A DNA stretch of 64,000 bases from Gammaproteobacteria bacterium. Lineage in GTDB: Bacteria; Pseudomonadota; Gammaproteobacteria; Eutrophobiales; Eutrophobiaceae. Each line of letters begins with the position of its first letter. Within the stretch, counting starts at the first letter, position 1. Under the pieces are notes generated by a model. It had not been told where the DNA came from. It saw only the letters and a program-made list of their open reading frames with translations, and made no database searches. Location: assembly GCA_965261775.1 (NCBI GenBank), contig OZ253477.1, forward strand, positions 1,738,178 through 1,802,177. Direction: 5' to 3'. The translations under genes and the position numbers were made by a program. Of the stretch, positions 42,176 through 52,133 are shown piece by piece.

Positions 42176-42610
42176 ATGAAACACGTTACATTTATTGCAA
42201 TATCCCTTGTGTTTTTATGGCCGCTTGATGGTCTTCGCGCTGATGGAACACTGCGTTCAGAAACACCGGAAGGTGTGCGTCTTTATTTTATCCAGCCAAA
42301 ATCCGATCAGACCGTTTCGCGGGAATTTGATGTCCTCTTTGGATTATCTGGTATGGGTGTCGCGCCTGCCGGCATTAATGTTGAAAATACCGGTCACCAC
42401 CATTTGTTGATAGATGTAAACGAACTTCCAGATATGAACAAACCGATTCCCGCCAGCGATAATATCAAGCATTTTGGCAAAGGTGAGACCCAGACCCGAC
42501 TAAAGCTAATGCCGGGCAGCCATACCCTGCAACTCTTGCTGGGAAATTATTTACATATCCCGCATGACAAACCGGTGCTGTCGGAGAAAATAACCGTCAT
42601 TGTGGAGTAA
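42176..42610 (+). CDS. Secreted DUF4399-like protein
   Basis: Signal peptide and an NTGHHHLLID motif. About 145 aa. Confidence 0.55.
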   Translation: MKHVTFIAISLVFLWPLDGLRADGTLRSETPEGVRLYFIQPKSDQTVSREFDVLFGLSGMGVAPAGINVENTGHHHLLIDVNELPDMNKPIPASDNIKHFGKGETQTRLKLMPGSHTLQLLLGNYLHIPHDKPVLSEKITVIVE

Positions 42611-42749
42611 TACCGGTGATGGAGGGGCGTTGTCCACGGTAGTGGTTATATCCTGATCAGGAAACCCTCGACGTAGTTATTGATAATACAGTTCTGCAGT
42701 CAGTGCAAATAGAATAAGCATTTTGCTTGGATAATTGCTGAAGCCGGAT

Positions 42750-43733
42750 TTATCGGGAAAGGACCTCTTCAAATAAAGTCTGATACTTTTTTATCATCTG
42801 TGTGAGCGTAAACTGGCTTTCAATTTTTGCGCGATTATATTCCCCCATCTCCCGGCACAGCTTTGGGGCCGCCGCCAGGTAGTTAATTTTCTCTGCAAAT
42901 TCCGCTACCGCTCCCGGCGTACAGAGAAAGCCACCCTCATTATTGTCAAGCAACTCCGGCAGGGACGAACAATTGCTTGCAATCACGGGCAATCCGCATG
43001 ACATGGCTTCCGCCACGCTCAGCCCGAATCCTTCCCGATAACTCGGAAACAGGAAAATATCTGCTTCATGATAAAGCCTGTGTATTTCCGTATGAGAGTA
43101 TTGCCCGACGGGGTGCGCCTTGTCGTGGCGAATAAGGACTCTGGTGTTGCGTAGGCCGGTCGTATAGCGTAATTCGATATTACCCGCTACCTTGTCAAGG
43201 ATGGCGGGGATTAGGTCCGTCCCCTTTTTAGGCGATAAATTACCGCAGAATAGCAACGTTATTTTGCTGGAATCTGATTTTGGGCGGGGGAAAAATCTGT
43301 TCGTATCAACACCGTTATGAATCACGCAAATATCGCCCTGATAAGCCAGTTCGCGGCGTACCAACCGGGCAATATAGTGACTAACTGCGGTGATTCTGGA
43401 CGATTTTGACAGTGCATATCGTGTATATAATCTCAGGTCCGTTTGATAGTGTATTTTCTGTAACAAAGATGAATATTGATGGATGTACTTATCTAAAACG
43501 AACCCGTGAAACGTCGAAACAAGCGGGGTGCCCTTTCTTCTAGAAAAAATCGCGTAGTCCACTGGAGTGTGGATAATATCGGCCCTTTCATGGCCAATCA
43601 GGCGTAGCAATGGCGGGAAAAGTGCTAAATACGGATGATAGGCTTTTACTCTATAGTCTGAAATGCCCTGTTCCAGCATTTTATGTACTATATAAGCGCC
43701 ACTGCCACGGGGCGTCATACTTACGATTTTCAT
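42750..43733 (-). CDS. Family GT4 glycosyltransferase (group 1)
   Basis: C-terminal EGFGLSVAEAMSCGLPVIAS motif typical of GT-B/GT4 enzymes. 327 aa. Confidence 0.85.
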   Translation of the reverse strand: MKIVSMTPRGSGAYIVHKMLEQGISDYRVKAYHPYLALFPPLLRLIGHERADIIHTPVDYAIFSRRKGTPLVSTFHGFVLDKYIHQYSSLLQKIHYQTDLRLYTRYALSKSSRITAVSHYIARLVRRELAYQGDICVIHNGVDTNRFFPRPKSDSSKITLLFCGNLSPKKGTDLIPAILDKVAGNIELRYTTGLRNTRVLIRHDKAHPVGQYSHTEIHRLYHEADIFLFPSYREGFGLSVAEAMSCGLPVIASNCSSLPELLDNNEGGFLCTPGAVAEFAEKINYLAAAPKLCREMGEYNRAKIESQFTLTQMIKKYQTLFEEVLSR

Positions 43734-44260
43734 GATAACCCGAATAGTGCGTAAAGGCGCATTAAAAAATTTATCTCTGATTTCAAATCACGTTCACTAA
43801 AATGATTAGCGTTGCCAACATATTACCGTCTGTCCTGTTTCGTTTTATGTCAAATCTGGTGCCACACCTTCAGCAAAGGGCACAGTTTTTTAATTTGATT
43901 TATCCTGAATTCGAAATTCTCTATGAAATATTCAAGCAGGAAGATAACGCTCTAAAGCCGTCATTAAACGGCATGTGGTTTCACAAGGATCCTTTCGGAG
44001 AAAGTCCCTGTGCAAATCGTAGCCAATCGTTCTTGCTTTTTCCGTCCACGCAGAATTTTAATCTCTCCCTCTAGTTCCCGGGGGTATTTCCGTGACCATT
44101 TCAACGATCTGAGCCGAAATTAAAATATTTTCATCGTCAATATCGATATATGATATCACCAAGGTTTCCCCCTGCCCTTTCCGCTGGTAATCACTTAATT
44201 ATAGCCGTCACCAGTGCCGCCATTTAAATTGTTTGCCCTGAGAATATCCAATCCCGAGGT

Positions 44261-44533
44261 TTATTCCTCTATCCCAAAATAGCCGCGAATCACTTTACCG
44301 TTCTTTATGATTTTGTTTACCATATCCAGTGCCTGATTAATCGGTATTGCCAAACCTATTCCTTCTGAACCACCGTAGCTTGACACAATCGTTGTGTTGA
44401 ATCCAATTAGCCCACCTTTGATACTCACCAAGTGCCCGCCAGCGTTGCCCAAATTAATATCGGTATCCTTTCTTTCCCCTGCATGCAATATAGTCGGTTT
44501 AACAGTCTCCCGGTAAAATTCACAGGTAATCAA
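44261..44533 (-). pseudogene. Fragment of an HtrA/DegS-type serine protease gene with the active-site Ser replaced
   Basis: The 90-aa ORF matches only the C-terminal part of the trypsin-like domain (DINLGNAGGHLV..GIGLAIP..VIRGYFGIEE). GNSGG has become GNAGG, so the catalytic Ser is lost. The His and Asp part and the PDZ domain are missing. The flanking 43.8-44.65 kb has no other ORF. Confidence 0.55.
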
Positions 44534-44695
44534 TTTTACTTATCATGTTATAATGACGAAAGTTGATGGATGACAAAAGTGATGAATTTGGTTATAAGTA
44601 ATGCCAATAGTTGATAGTTGAATGCGTGCATTTCATGGTTCTCCATTCAATTATTCATTTACAAAAAGCTTGGTATCACCTCTTGAGGTAGCATA

Positions 44696-45292
44696 ATGGA
44701 AAATAAATCTGTTGATATGCGTCGGAGGCGTCTGCTTACCGTCGTTGCTACGGTTGCAGGCGGCGCCGGTATGATCGGCGCGGCGGCACCGTTCATTGCA
44801 ACTATGGCACCAAGTTCCAGGGCTAAGGCGATCGGTGCACCGGTTGAAATTGATATCTCCAAACTCCAGCCCGGAGATCTCGTGATCGAAAAATGGCGGG
44901 GTAAGCCGATTTGGATCCTGAGACGTACCCGGCAAATGCTGGACGATATCCGCGCACAGAAAAATGCGGTCAGTGACCCCAGTTCGGATAACAGCATACA
45001 GCCCGAATATGCCAAAAATGAATTCCGTGCGCGCAAGGATGAATTTCTTGTGATGATTGGTATATGCACCCATCTGCAATGCTCGCCCAACTATATTCCA
45101 AAAGACGCTGATAAAACGCCCGTCGCCGACTGGAAAGGCGGTTTCTTCTGTCCCTGTCACGGTTCGCGTTTTGACCTTGCCGGCCGTGTCTTCAAAGGTG
45201 TTCCGGCCCCGACCAATCTGGTGATCCCGCCCTACCAGTTTTTGCCGTCTGGCAACTTGCTGGTAGGTGATGACAACGGCACTGTATCATGA
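44696..45292 (+). CDS. petA: Ubiquinol-cytochrome c reductase Rieske iron-sulfur subunit
   Basis: Tat motif RRRRLL and the Rieske boxes CTHLQC and CPCHGS. Confidence 0.93.
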   Translation: MENKSVDMRRRRLLTVVATVAGGAGMIGAAAPFIATMAPSSRAKAIGAPVEIDISKLQPGDLVIEKWRGKPIWILRRTRQMLDDIRAQKNAVSDPSSDNSIQPEYAKNEFRARKDEFLVMIGICTHLQCSPNYIPKDADKTPVADWKGGFFCPCHGSRFDLAGRVFKGVPAPTNLVIPPYQFLPSGNLLVGDDNGTVS

Positions 45293-46548
45293 CGGTTGTC
45301 GGCAAGCGGATTGTTCACGGACTCTGCGGGCTACGGGATTGGGTTGATGCCCGTTTTCCGCTGACCAAGCTCTGGGATGAACATCTGGCAAAATATTACG
45401 CGCCCAAAAATTTCAATTTCTGGTATTACTTCGGTTCGTTGGCGTTACTTGTTTTTGTCATTCAAATTTTGACCGGCATCTGGTTGACGATGAATTACAA
45501 ACCGTCAGCCGAGGATGCTTTCGCCTCGGTGGAATATATTATGCGCGACGTTCCGTGGGGCTGGTGGATACGCTATATGCACTCGACTGGCGCCTCGGCA
45601 TTCTTTGTCGTGATTTATTGCCACATGTTTCGCGCACTGCTCTACGGTTCATACAAAAAGCCGCGCGAACTGTTATGGCTCTCGGGCATGGGCCTGTATC
45701 TGGTATTGATGGGCGAAGCCTTTTTCGGCTATCTTTTGCCTTGGGGACAGATGTCTTACTGGGGTGCTCAGGTTATCATCTCGCTTTTCGGTGCCCTGCC
45801 CGTTATCGGAGATGAACTGTCGCTTCTGATCCGCGGCGACTTTTTTGTTTCGGATGTCACGCTCAACCGTTTTTTTGCATTGCACGTCATCGCGTTTCCG
45901 CTCTTGATGCTTATTCTGATTGCAATGCATATTATGGCGTTGCATGAGGTTGGGTCAAATAATCCGGACGGTGTTGAAATCAAAAAAAATAAAGATGCCA
46001 ACGGCGTTCCCTTGGATGGTATTCCGTTTCATCCCTATTACACGGTAAAGGATATTTTTGGCGCTTCGGTCTTTTTGATCTTTTTTTTCGGTGTGGTCTT
46101 TTTTGCGCCGGAGATGAAAGTACCGGGGACACAAGGTCTGTTTCTGGAAAGCACCAATTTTCTCCCGGCAGATCCCCTGAAAACGCCCGAACATATCGCG
46201 CCCGTCTGGTACTTTACGCCTTTTTACGCCATCTTGCGTGCTATTCCGAACCAACTGGGCGGTATCTTTGCAATGGGATTGTCGGTCAGCCTCTTTCTAT
46301 TGCTACCGTGGCTGGACAGAAGCCCGGTTAAATCGTGGCGTTATCGCGGGGTGAATTACCGTATCGCGTTGACGGTTTTTATTATCAGTTTCCTTGCTTT
46401 GGGCTGGCTGGGATTACAGGCGGTATCATCGCTTTATATCCTGCTAGCGCGCTTTTTCACCGTGACGTACTTTTTGTTCTTTTTTCTGATGCCGGTTTAT
46501 ACCGCGATGGATAATGACAAAACTGTTCCAGACAGGGTAAGGGACTGA
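45289..46548 (+). CDS. petB: Cytochrome b of the bc1 complex
   Basis: 419 aa, 8 or more TM segments, heme-ligand His pairs. It overlaps petA by 4 nt. Confidence 0.93.
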   Translation: MTVVGKRIVHGLCGLRDWVDARFPLTKLWDEHLAKYYAPKNFNFWYYFGSLALLVFVIQILTGIWLTMNYKPSAEDAFASVEYIMRDVPWGWWIRYMHSTGASAFFVVIYCHMFRALLYGSYKKPRELLWLSGMGLYLVLMGEAFFGYLLPWGQMSYWGAQVIISLFGALPVIGDELSLLIRGDFFVSDVTLNRFFALHVIAFPLLMLILIAMHIMALHEVGSNNPDGVEIKKNKDANGVPLDGIPFHPYYTVKDIFGASVFLIFFFGVVFFAPEMKVPGTQGLFLESTNFLPADPLKTPEHIAPVWYFTPFYAILRAIPNQLGGIFAMGLSVSLFLLLPWLDRSPVKSWRYRGVNYRIALTVFIISFLALGWLGLQAVSSLYILLARFFTVTYFLFFFLMPVYTAMDNDKTVPDRVRD

Positions 46549-47300
46549 TGAAAAAAGACTGTCTGTCGGTGCTGTTCTTGTCGGTATTTTCAACCAGTGT
46601 CCTTGCAGCCGGAAACACTGAATTAATGCATATAGACGTTGATCTGTCTGAGGCATCGTTGCAGCGCGGCGCCAGGACTTTCGCCAACTATTGTTCAGGT
46701 TGCCATTCGGCCGTCTATATGCGTTACAACCGTATCGGCAAAGACCTAAATATCCCTGATGAAGTGTTAAGGACAAATTTTATCTTCGGTCCTGATAAAA
46801 TAGGTGACACAATGACAATCGCTATGCGTGATACGGATGCGCTTGGTTATTTTGGTGTTGTTCCACCAGACTTGTCCCTTGTCGCTCGCGCCAGAGGGGC
46901 GGACTGGTTATATACCTACCTGCAGACATTCTATATTGATGAGTCGCGCCCGTTCGGGGTAAATAATCTGGTTTTTAAGGATGTGGCCATGCCGCACGTA
47001 CTCTGGGAATTACAGGGCATGCAGCGTCTGGACCATCAAAGTGGCGACGAAGCACATCGTACGCCCGGCTATCAGGCTCTGAAAGTGGTCGCCCCGGGGA
47101 CGCACACGAAAGAAGAATATGATCGCTTGGTTCGTGATCTGGTGAATTTCATGGTCTATATGGGCGAACCTATCAAGCTGAAACGTACCAAAATAGGCAC
47201 CTGGGTTATGATATACCTGTTTGGTTTTATGATTATTGCCTGGCTATTGAAAAAGGAATATTGGAAAGACGTCGTCAGTCGAAACGCCAAACCCCGATAA
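46548..47300 (+). CDS. petC: Cytochrome c1
   Basis: Signal peptide, CSGCHS heme-binding motif, C-terminal TM anchor. Confidence 0.92.
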   Translation: MKKDCLSVLFLSVFSTSVLAAGNTELMHIDVDLSEASLQRGARTFANYCSGCHSAVYMRYNRIGKDLNIPDEVLRTNFIFGPDKIGDTMTIAMRDTDALGYFGVVPPDLSLVARARGADWLYTYLQTFYIDESRPFGVNNLVFKDVAMPHVLWELQGMQRLDHQSGDEAHRTPGYQALKVVAPGTHTKEEYDRLVRDLVNFMVYMGEPIKLKRTKIGTWVMIYLFGFMIIAWLLKKEYWKDVVSRNAKPR

Positions 47301-47372
47301 ATGATTCCCGCCAGCGAAGTCTGGCTATCCTTCAAATGGTATATAATGGCCTCAATTTTACTTGGAGAGACC

Positions 47373-48005
47373 ATGTTAGATATTCCCAATCGACGCCCGG
47401 TAACGGCGCTGTATTTAGATGACACTAGCCCCATTGGTCATATAGTTCGTATTGTATTGGCGGAAAAGAATGTCAGCGCCGAAATCAATTATATTGACGA
47501 TAACAATCGCCCTGAGTCGTTAAATAATCTGAATCCATACAATTCGCTTCTGACCATGGTTGATCGGGACTTGGTGCTGTATGACGCTCAGATCATTATA
47601 GAATATCTGGATGAACGCTTTCCGCACCCCCCCCTGATGCCGATTGATCCGATTGACCGCGCCAATAATCGTCAACTGCGTTATCGCGTAATGCGCGATC
47701 TGTACAGCGTGGTGGAGACACCGGATAGCAACGGGAAGACGATGACCCCCGGCGCCAGAAAAGATCTGCGTGATAATCTGACCGCCATTGCGCCGACCTT
47801 CGCCTACAACCCTTACTTTATGTCACAGGAGTACTCCTTAGTGGATTGTTGTATGGTGCCGCTGATGTGGAGGTTGACTCAATACGGTATTAAACTGCCC
47901 GCGTCTTCGGCTCAACATCTGCAGAAATATGCTGACAGACTCTTCAAACGTGCGGCCTTCAAGCGTAGTCTTTCCGATGTTGAAAAAGGATATAATGCTA
48001 CCTGA
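47373..48005 (+). CDS. sspA: Stringent starvation protein A (GST-like)
   Basis: VRIVLAEK, LVDRDLVLYDAQIIIEYLDERFPHPPLMP. It follows petABC as in Pseudomonas and Legionella. The start is placed at the internal Met to match SspA length. Confidence 0.88.
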   Translation: MLDIPNRRPVTALYLDDTSPIGHIVRIVLAEKNVSAEINYIDDNNRPESLNNLNPYNSLLTMVDRDLVLYDAQIIIEYLDERFPHPPLMPIDPIDRANNRQLRYRVMRDLYSVVETPDSNGKTMTPGARKDLRDNLTAIAPTFAYNPYFMSQEYSLVDCCMVPLMWRLTQYGIKLPASSAQHLQKYADRLFKRAAFKRSLSDVEKGYNAT

Positions 48006-48029
48006 AAAATACATCACAAATGAATAGCT

Positions 48030-48413
48030 ATGATGAATTCAAATCGTCCTTACCTGTTACGCGCACTGTATGACTGGATTTGCGATAATGGCCTGACGCC
48101 CTGCCTCATGGTCAACGCCGATGGTAACAGCCTTGCCGTCCTGCAGGAATTCGTCCAGGATGGCCGTATTGTCTTCAATATTTCGCCCAGTGCCGTCCGC
48201 GATCTGAGCCTTGATAATGATTACATCAGTTTCACGGGGCGTTTCTCCGCCCGTAGCATGGATGTCTATTTTCCCGTCGACAATGTATTCGCCATTTATG
48301 CCAGAGAAAACAATCGGGGCATGTATTTCCAGGAAGAACCGCAGGGGATGGAAAACAGCGCCGACCACCGGGTGGAAAAAAAGAAAAAACCGCATTTGAA
48401 AATCGTTAAATAA
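48030..48413 (+). CDS. sspB: Stringent starvation protein B (ClpXP adaptor)
   Basis: RPYLLRALYDWICDNGLTP...DGRIVFNISPSAV, with an acidic/basic tail. Confidence 0.9.
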   Translation: MMNSNRPYLLRALYDWICDNGLTPCLMVNADGNSLAVLQEFVQDGRIVFNISPSAVRDLSLDNDYISFTGRFSARSMDVYFPVDNVFAIYARENNRGMYFQEEPQGMENSADHRVEKKKKPHLKIVK

Positions 48414-48495
48414 TCCAATTTTCCGCTTGCGGGCTTTTTCTGCAGATGGCTTGGTGTGAAGTGTGCAAACTCAGCCGTTGTTTATACGCTGGCGG

Positions 48496-48519
48496 AAAAC
48501 CGAAGCCTTTGGTTTTTTT
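48496..48519 (+). terminator. Candidate rho-independent terminator downstream of sspB
   Basis: AAAACC-gaagccttt-GGTTTT stem-loop followed by a T-run. Confidence 0.4.
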
Positions 48520-48543
48520 ATCTGCAGATTATGCAGATAATTA

Positions 48544-49185
48544 TCACACTTTCCAGTGAACGAAGTTTTTTAACAGGGTGAGCCCGTCGTGCTGGCTTTT
48601 TTCAGGGTGGAACTGGACCGCAAAAAGATTATCGCGTGCCACAGCCGAAGTATAGCGGAACATATAATCCGTGCTACCGGCAATATCGGACTCCAGTGCC
48701 GATTTGACATAGTAGCTGTGTAAAAAATAAAAGCGGTTGCCGTCTTTTATATCTTTCCACAACGGATGCGGTTTGGACTGATAGACCCGATTCCAACCGA
48801 TTGATGGTATTTTGTACACATTGCCGTTTTCATCCTTGACGTTATCGGAAAAGCGGAGGACATTGCCTGGCAGTATGCCAAGGCATCCGGTGCCGTTGTT
48901 TTCATTACTGTAATCCATTAACGATTGTAGACCCAGACAGATACCGAGAAAGGGTTTGTCCGTCAGGCACTCTCGAATGACCTCATCCAACATACGTTCT
49001 TTCAAGTGTGCCATACACTGTCCTATCGCTCCCTGCCCCGGAAAAACAATCCTTTCCGCCCGCAGGATCTCTTCGGGACGACTGCTGATAGCGACGCTGT
49101 GCCGACCTTCGGTCGCGGTTTCAAGCGCTTTGGCGACCGATCGCAGATTGCTGCTACCGTAATCCAGTATGACGATCTTGTCCAT
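48544..49185 (-). CDS. hisH: Imidazole glycerol phosphate synthase glutaminase subunit
   Basis: IVILDYGSSNLRSV, a GATase1 catalytic Cys (LGICLGLQ), and an HPEKS motif. Confidence 0.93.
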   Translation of the reverse strand: MDKIVILDYGSSNLRSVAKALETATEGRHSVAISSRPEEILRAERIVFPGQGAIGQCMAHLKERMLDEVIRECLTDKPFLGICLGLQSLMDYSNENNGTGCLGILPGNVLRFSDNVKDENGNVYKIPSIGWNRVYQSKPHPLWKDIKDGNRFYFLHSYYVKSALESDIAGSTDYMFRYTSAVARDNLFAVQFHPEKSQHDGLTLLKNFVHWKV

Positions 49186-49433
49186 ATTACTTTTTCGATG
49201 GAATGCGTTAACCCTGATAATCCATGGCAGATTTCAAGTTTATTCGCAGATTCTCTCTTCATGCGGCCCGTCGCGCAACGCGAAGCGCGATGAAAAGGGC
49301 GCGGGAATGACAGCAGGGTCGGATTTCACGGGGTAGCCGCATTGTTTAATAAAGACACCGGAACTCTGTGATGGTAAAAGAACTTGAGCACAGAATCAAT
49401 CACGCAGGGGGGGAATATATCTTAAACAACTCT

Positions 49434-50036
49434 TCAGAGCGTGCCCTTGGTGGAAGGGAGGATGCCTTTCATACGCGGATCCGGTTCCACTGCACTACGC
49501 AGAGCGCGGCCAAACGCTTTGAAAATTGTTTCGGCAATATGATGGGAATTGCGTCCCCTGATATTATCAATGTGCAGGGTGACCATCGCGTGGTTGACGA
49601 ATCCCTGAAAGAATTCAAAAATTAAATCCACATCAAATTCGCCGACTCTGGAGCGGGAATAATTTACGTGATATTCAAGTCCCGGACGACCGGAGCAATC
49701 TATCACGACACGTGAAAGTGCTTCATCCAGAGGTACGCAGGCGTTTGCATAACGGCGTATTCCCGTTTTATCGCCCAGCGCCCGGGTAAAGGTTCGTCCC
49801 AGCGTAATGCCAATATCTTCTACAGTGTGGTGCGCATCAATTTCGAGGTCTCCTTTGGCATTGACAACAAGGTCAAATACGCCATGACGCGCAACCTGAT
49901 CCAGCATGTGCTCCAGAAAGGGGATGCCTATATTCAGATCAGACTTACCGGAGCCATCCAGATCAAGCGAAATCTCGATCTGTGTTTCCCTTGTGCTGTG
50001 TTTAATGTTTGCGCTACGATTACTCATCGGTTCCAA
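49434..50036 (-). CDS. hisB: Imidazoleglycerol-phosphate dehydratase (monofunctional)
   Basis: [23 protein letters not shown], and the two IGPD His motifs. Confidence 0.93.
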   Translation of the reverse strand: MEPMSNRSANIKHSTRETQIEISLDLDGSGKSDLNIGIPFLEHMLDQVARHGVFDLVVNAKGDLEIDAHHTVEDIGITLGRTFTRALGDKTGIRRYANACVPLDEALSRVVIDCSGRPGLEYHVNYSRSRVGEFDVDLIFEFFQGFVNHAMVTLHIDNIRGRNSHHIAETIFKAFGRALRSAVEPDPRMKGILPSTKGTL

Positions 50037-50085
50037 TATCTGAAAAAACGTTATTATAGGATAACCTTTCAGGCGATGGTTACCA

Positions 50086-51000
50086 ATGATTAATATTAAA
50101 CATATCCGGCAATATTTACTGGGACTTCAGGATCATATCTGCGACGCTCTATTGCAACTGGACGGTGATTTAATCCGCACAGAGGATAAATGGACGCGCG
50201 AGGCCGGTGGTGGTGGGCGTAGTTGTATCATGCGACAGGGCAAGGTTTTTGAACAAGCCGGGATGAACTTTTCTCATGTGTATGGAGAGGGATTGCCCGC
50301 TTCTGCCACGGCACATCGCCCGGAGCTTGTGGGCCGACCATTTCAGTCCTTGGGTGATTCGCTGATTGTACATCCTTTGAACCCTTATGTTCCAACTGTG
50401 CACATGAATGTGCGTTTTTTTATGGCTGAACGGACAGGTGAGGAACCGATCTGGTGGTTTGGCGGCGGATTTGATTTAACACCGTACTATGGGTTCGGCG
50501 AGGATGCGCGCTATTGGCATAAAATTGCCAAGGCAGCCTGTGTGGGTTTCGGTGGCAATGACACTTATTACCGATATAAAAAATGGTGTGATGATTATTT
50601 TTTCCTCAAACACCGACGAGAAGCGCGTGGTATAGGCGGTTTATTTTTTGATGATCTGAACGAATGGGGTTATGAAGCTTGTTTTGCCTTCATGCGGAGC
50701 ATCGGAGACCATTTTCTGCAGGCATATATGCCAATAGTCAAAAGACGCATGCAGACGGTATATGGCGAACGTGAACGCAATTTTCAATTGTACCGTCGCG
50801 GACGCTATGTTGAATTCAACCTAATCCAGGACCGCGGTACCTTATTTGGCTTACAGTCTGGCGGACGTACGGAATCCATCCTGATATCATTGCCGCCGAT
50901 GGTGCGCTGGGAATATGGCTGGCGACCCAAACCGGGTTCGGTTGAAGCGGAGCTCTATGATGTCTTCCTGAAACCGAGAGATTGGCTTGAAGATGATTAA
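50086..51000 (+). CDS. hemF: Oxygen-dependent coproporphyrinogen-III oxidase
   Basis: [18 protein letters not shown] and [14 protein letters not shown] motifs. 304 aa. Confidence 0.93.
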   Translation: MINIKHIRQYLLGLQDHICDALLQLDGDLIRTEDKWTREAGGGGRSCIMRQGKVFEQAGMNFSHVYGEGLPASATAHRPELVGRPFQSLGDSLIVHPLNPYVPTVHMNVRFFMAERTGEEPIWWFGGGFDLTPYYGFGEDARYWHKIAKAACVGFGGNDTYYRYKKWCDDYFFLKHRREARGIGGLFFDDLNEWGYEACFAFMRSIGDHFLQAYMPIVKRRMQTVYGERERNFQLYRRGRYVEFNLIQDRGTLFGLQSGGRTESILISLPPMVRWEYGWRPKPGSVEAELYDVFLKPRDWLEDD

Positions 51001-51033
51001 TCTCTGTTTGTTAAACTTCAAGCCACAAGTGCT

Positions 51034-51074
51034 AACCCGGTTACTTTAAAGATTTTGAATTCGGGTTTTTTTTA
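51034..51074 (+). terminator. Candidate terminator after hemF
   Basis: AACCCG...CGGGTT stem followed by T8. The loop is long, so this is less certain. Confidence 0.4.
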
Positions 51075-51426
51075 AACACTTGTGCAATTAATGTTTCAGC
51101 GGGCTTATCAACTATCCGAAAAAACACAGCCGTCAATATGCTTGAGGCCTTTGTGCGAGAGGTGGCAACAACAAAAATAAGGTAAAACAACATACACAGT
51201 GTTTTATAATGGTGCCTGCTTTAATGATCATTAAATGAAATTAAGAATCCAGGGAAACAACGTCCGTCTTTACGAAAAGTCTTGCCCAGGCTTTAGAAAA
51301 AAGCGACTGTCAGGGCATAGAAAGACATCTGAAATCGCCCTGTTTTGCGCTGGAAAATCAATTTCCTTTTAGATATCGTTCAGGTCAAATCATAAGTCAG
51401 CCGGTAATTATTTTACAGATAAATCA

Positions 51427-52086
51427 CTATAGTGCTTGAATCTCAACACGGTTGTCGTTTCCAACAAGTAATACATCCGCTGACCGCTGTGCGAATAAAC
51501 CATTGGTGACGATGCCGGCGATCTGATTCAGTTGCTGTTCCATGAGCGGTGGGTTTTCAATATTGAGCCCATGAATATCCAGAATGCTGTTGCCATTATC
51601 GGTTTTGAAATTCTGACGCAACACGGGTTTGCCGCCAAGTTTGATAAATTGTCGGGCGATATAGTTTTGTGCCATTGGGATCACTTCAACGGGGAGGGGA
51701 AAGTTACCCAGCACGGATACTATTTTGCTGTCATCAATGATACAGACAAATTTGTCACTGACTGTAGCGATGACCTTTTCCCGCGTCAAAGCCCCGCCGC
51801 CGCCCTTTACCAAATGATGAAAGGGAGTCGCTTCATCGGCACTGTCAATATAGACAGGAAGGCTGTCGATACTGTCAAGACCAAAAACAGGTATGCCGTA
51901 TTTTTTAAGCAATTTTTCACTAGCGATTGAAGCAGGCACCGCGCCTTTTATTTTTTTCCTGCTCCGCCCGAGCGCCTCAATGAAAAAATTAACAGTACTG
52001 CCACTGCCCACGCCGATGATGGCATCATCCTCAATATAATCCATGGCTGCTAAGGCCACCTGCCTTTTCTTATTATCCTGCGACAT
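51427..52086 (-). CDS. rpiA: Ribose-5-phosphate isomerase A
   Basis: GVGSGST, DSADE and KGGGGAL motifs. 219 aa. Confidence 0.93.
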   Translation of the reverse strand: MSQDNKKRQVALAAMDYIEDDAIIGVGSGSTVNFFIEALGRSRKKIKGAVPASIASEKLLKKYGIPVFGLDSIDSLPVYIDSADEATPFHHLVKGGGGALTREKVIATVSDKFVCIIDDSKIVSVLGNFPLPVEVIPMAQNYIARQFIKLGGKPVLRQNFKTDNGNSILDIHGLNIENPPLMEQQLNQIAGIVTNGLFAQRSADVLLVGNDNRVEIQAL

Positions 52087-52133
52087 GTCCGTATTGTTGA
52101 AAATAGGTTTGTGTTGTATTAAATGCTATCTTA

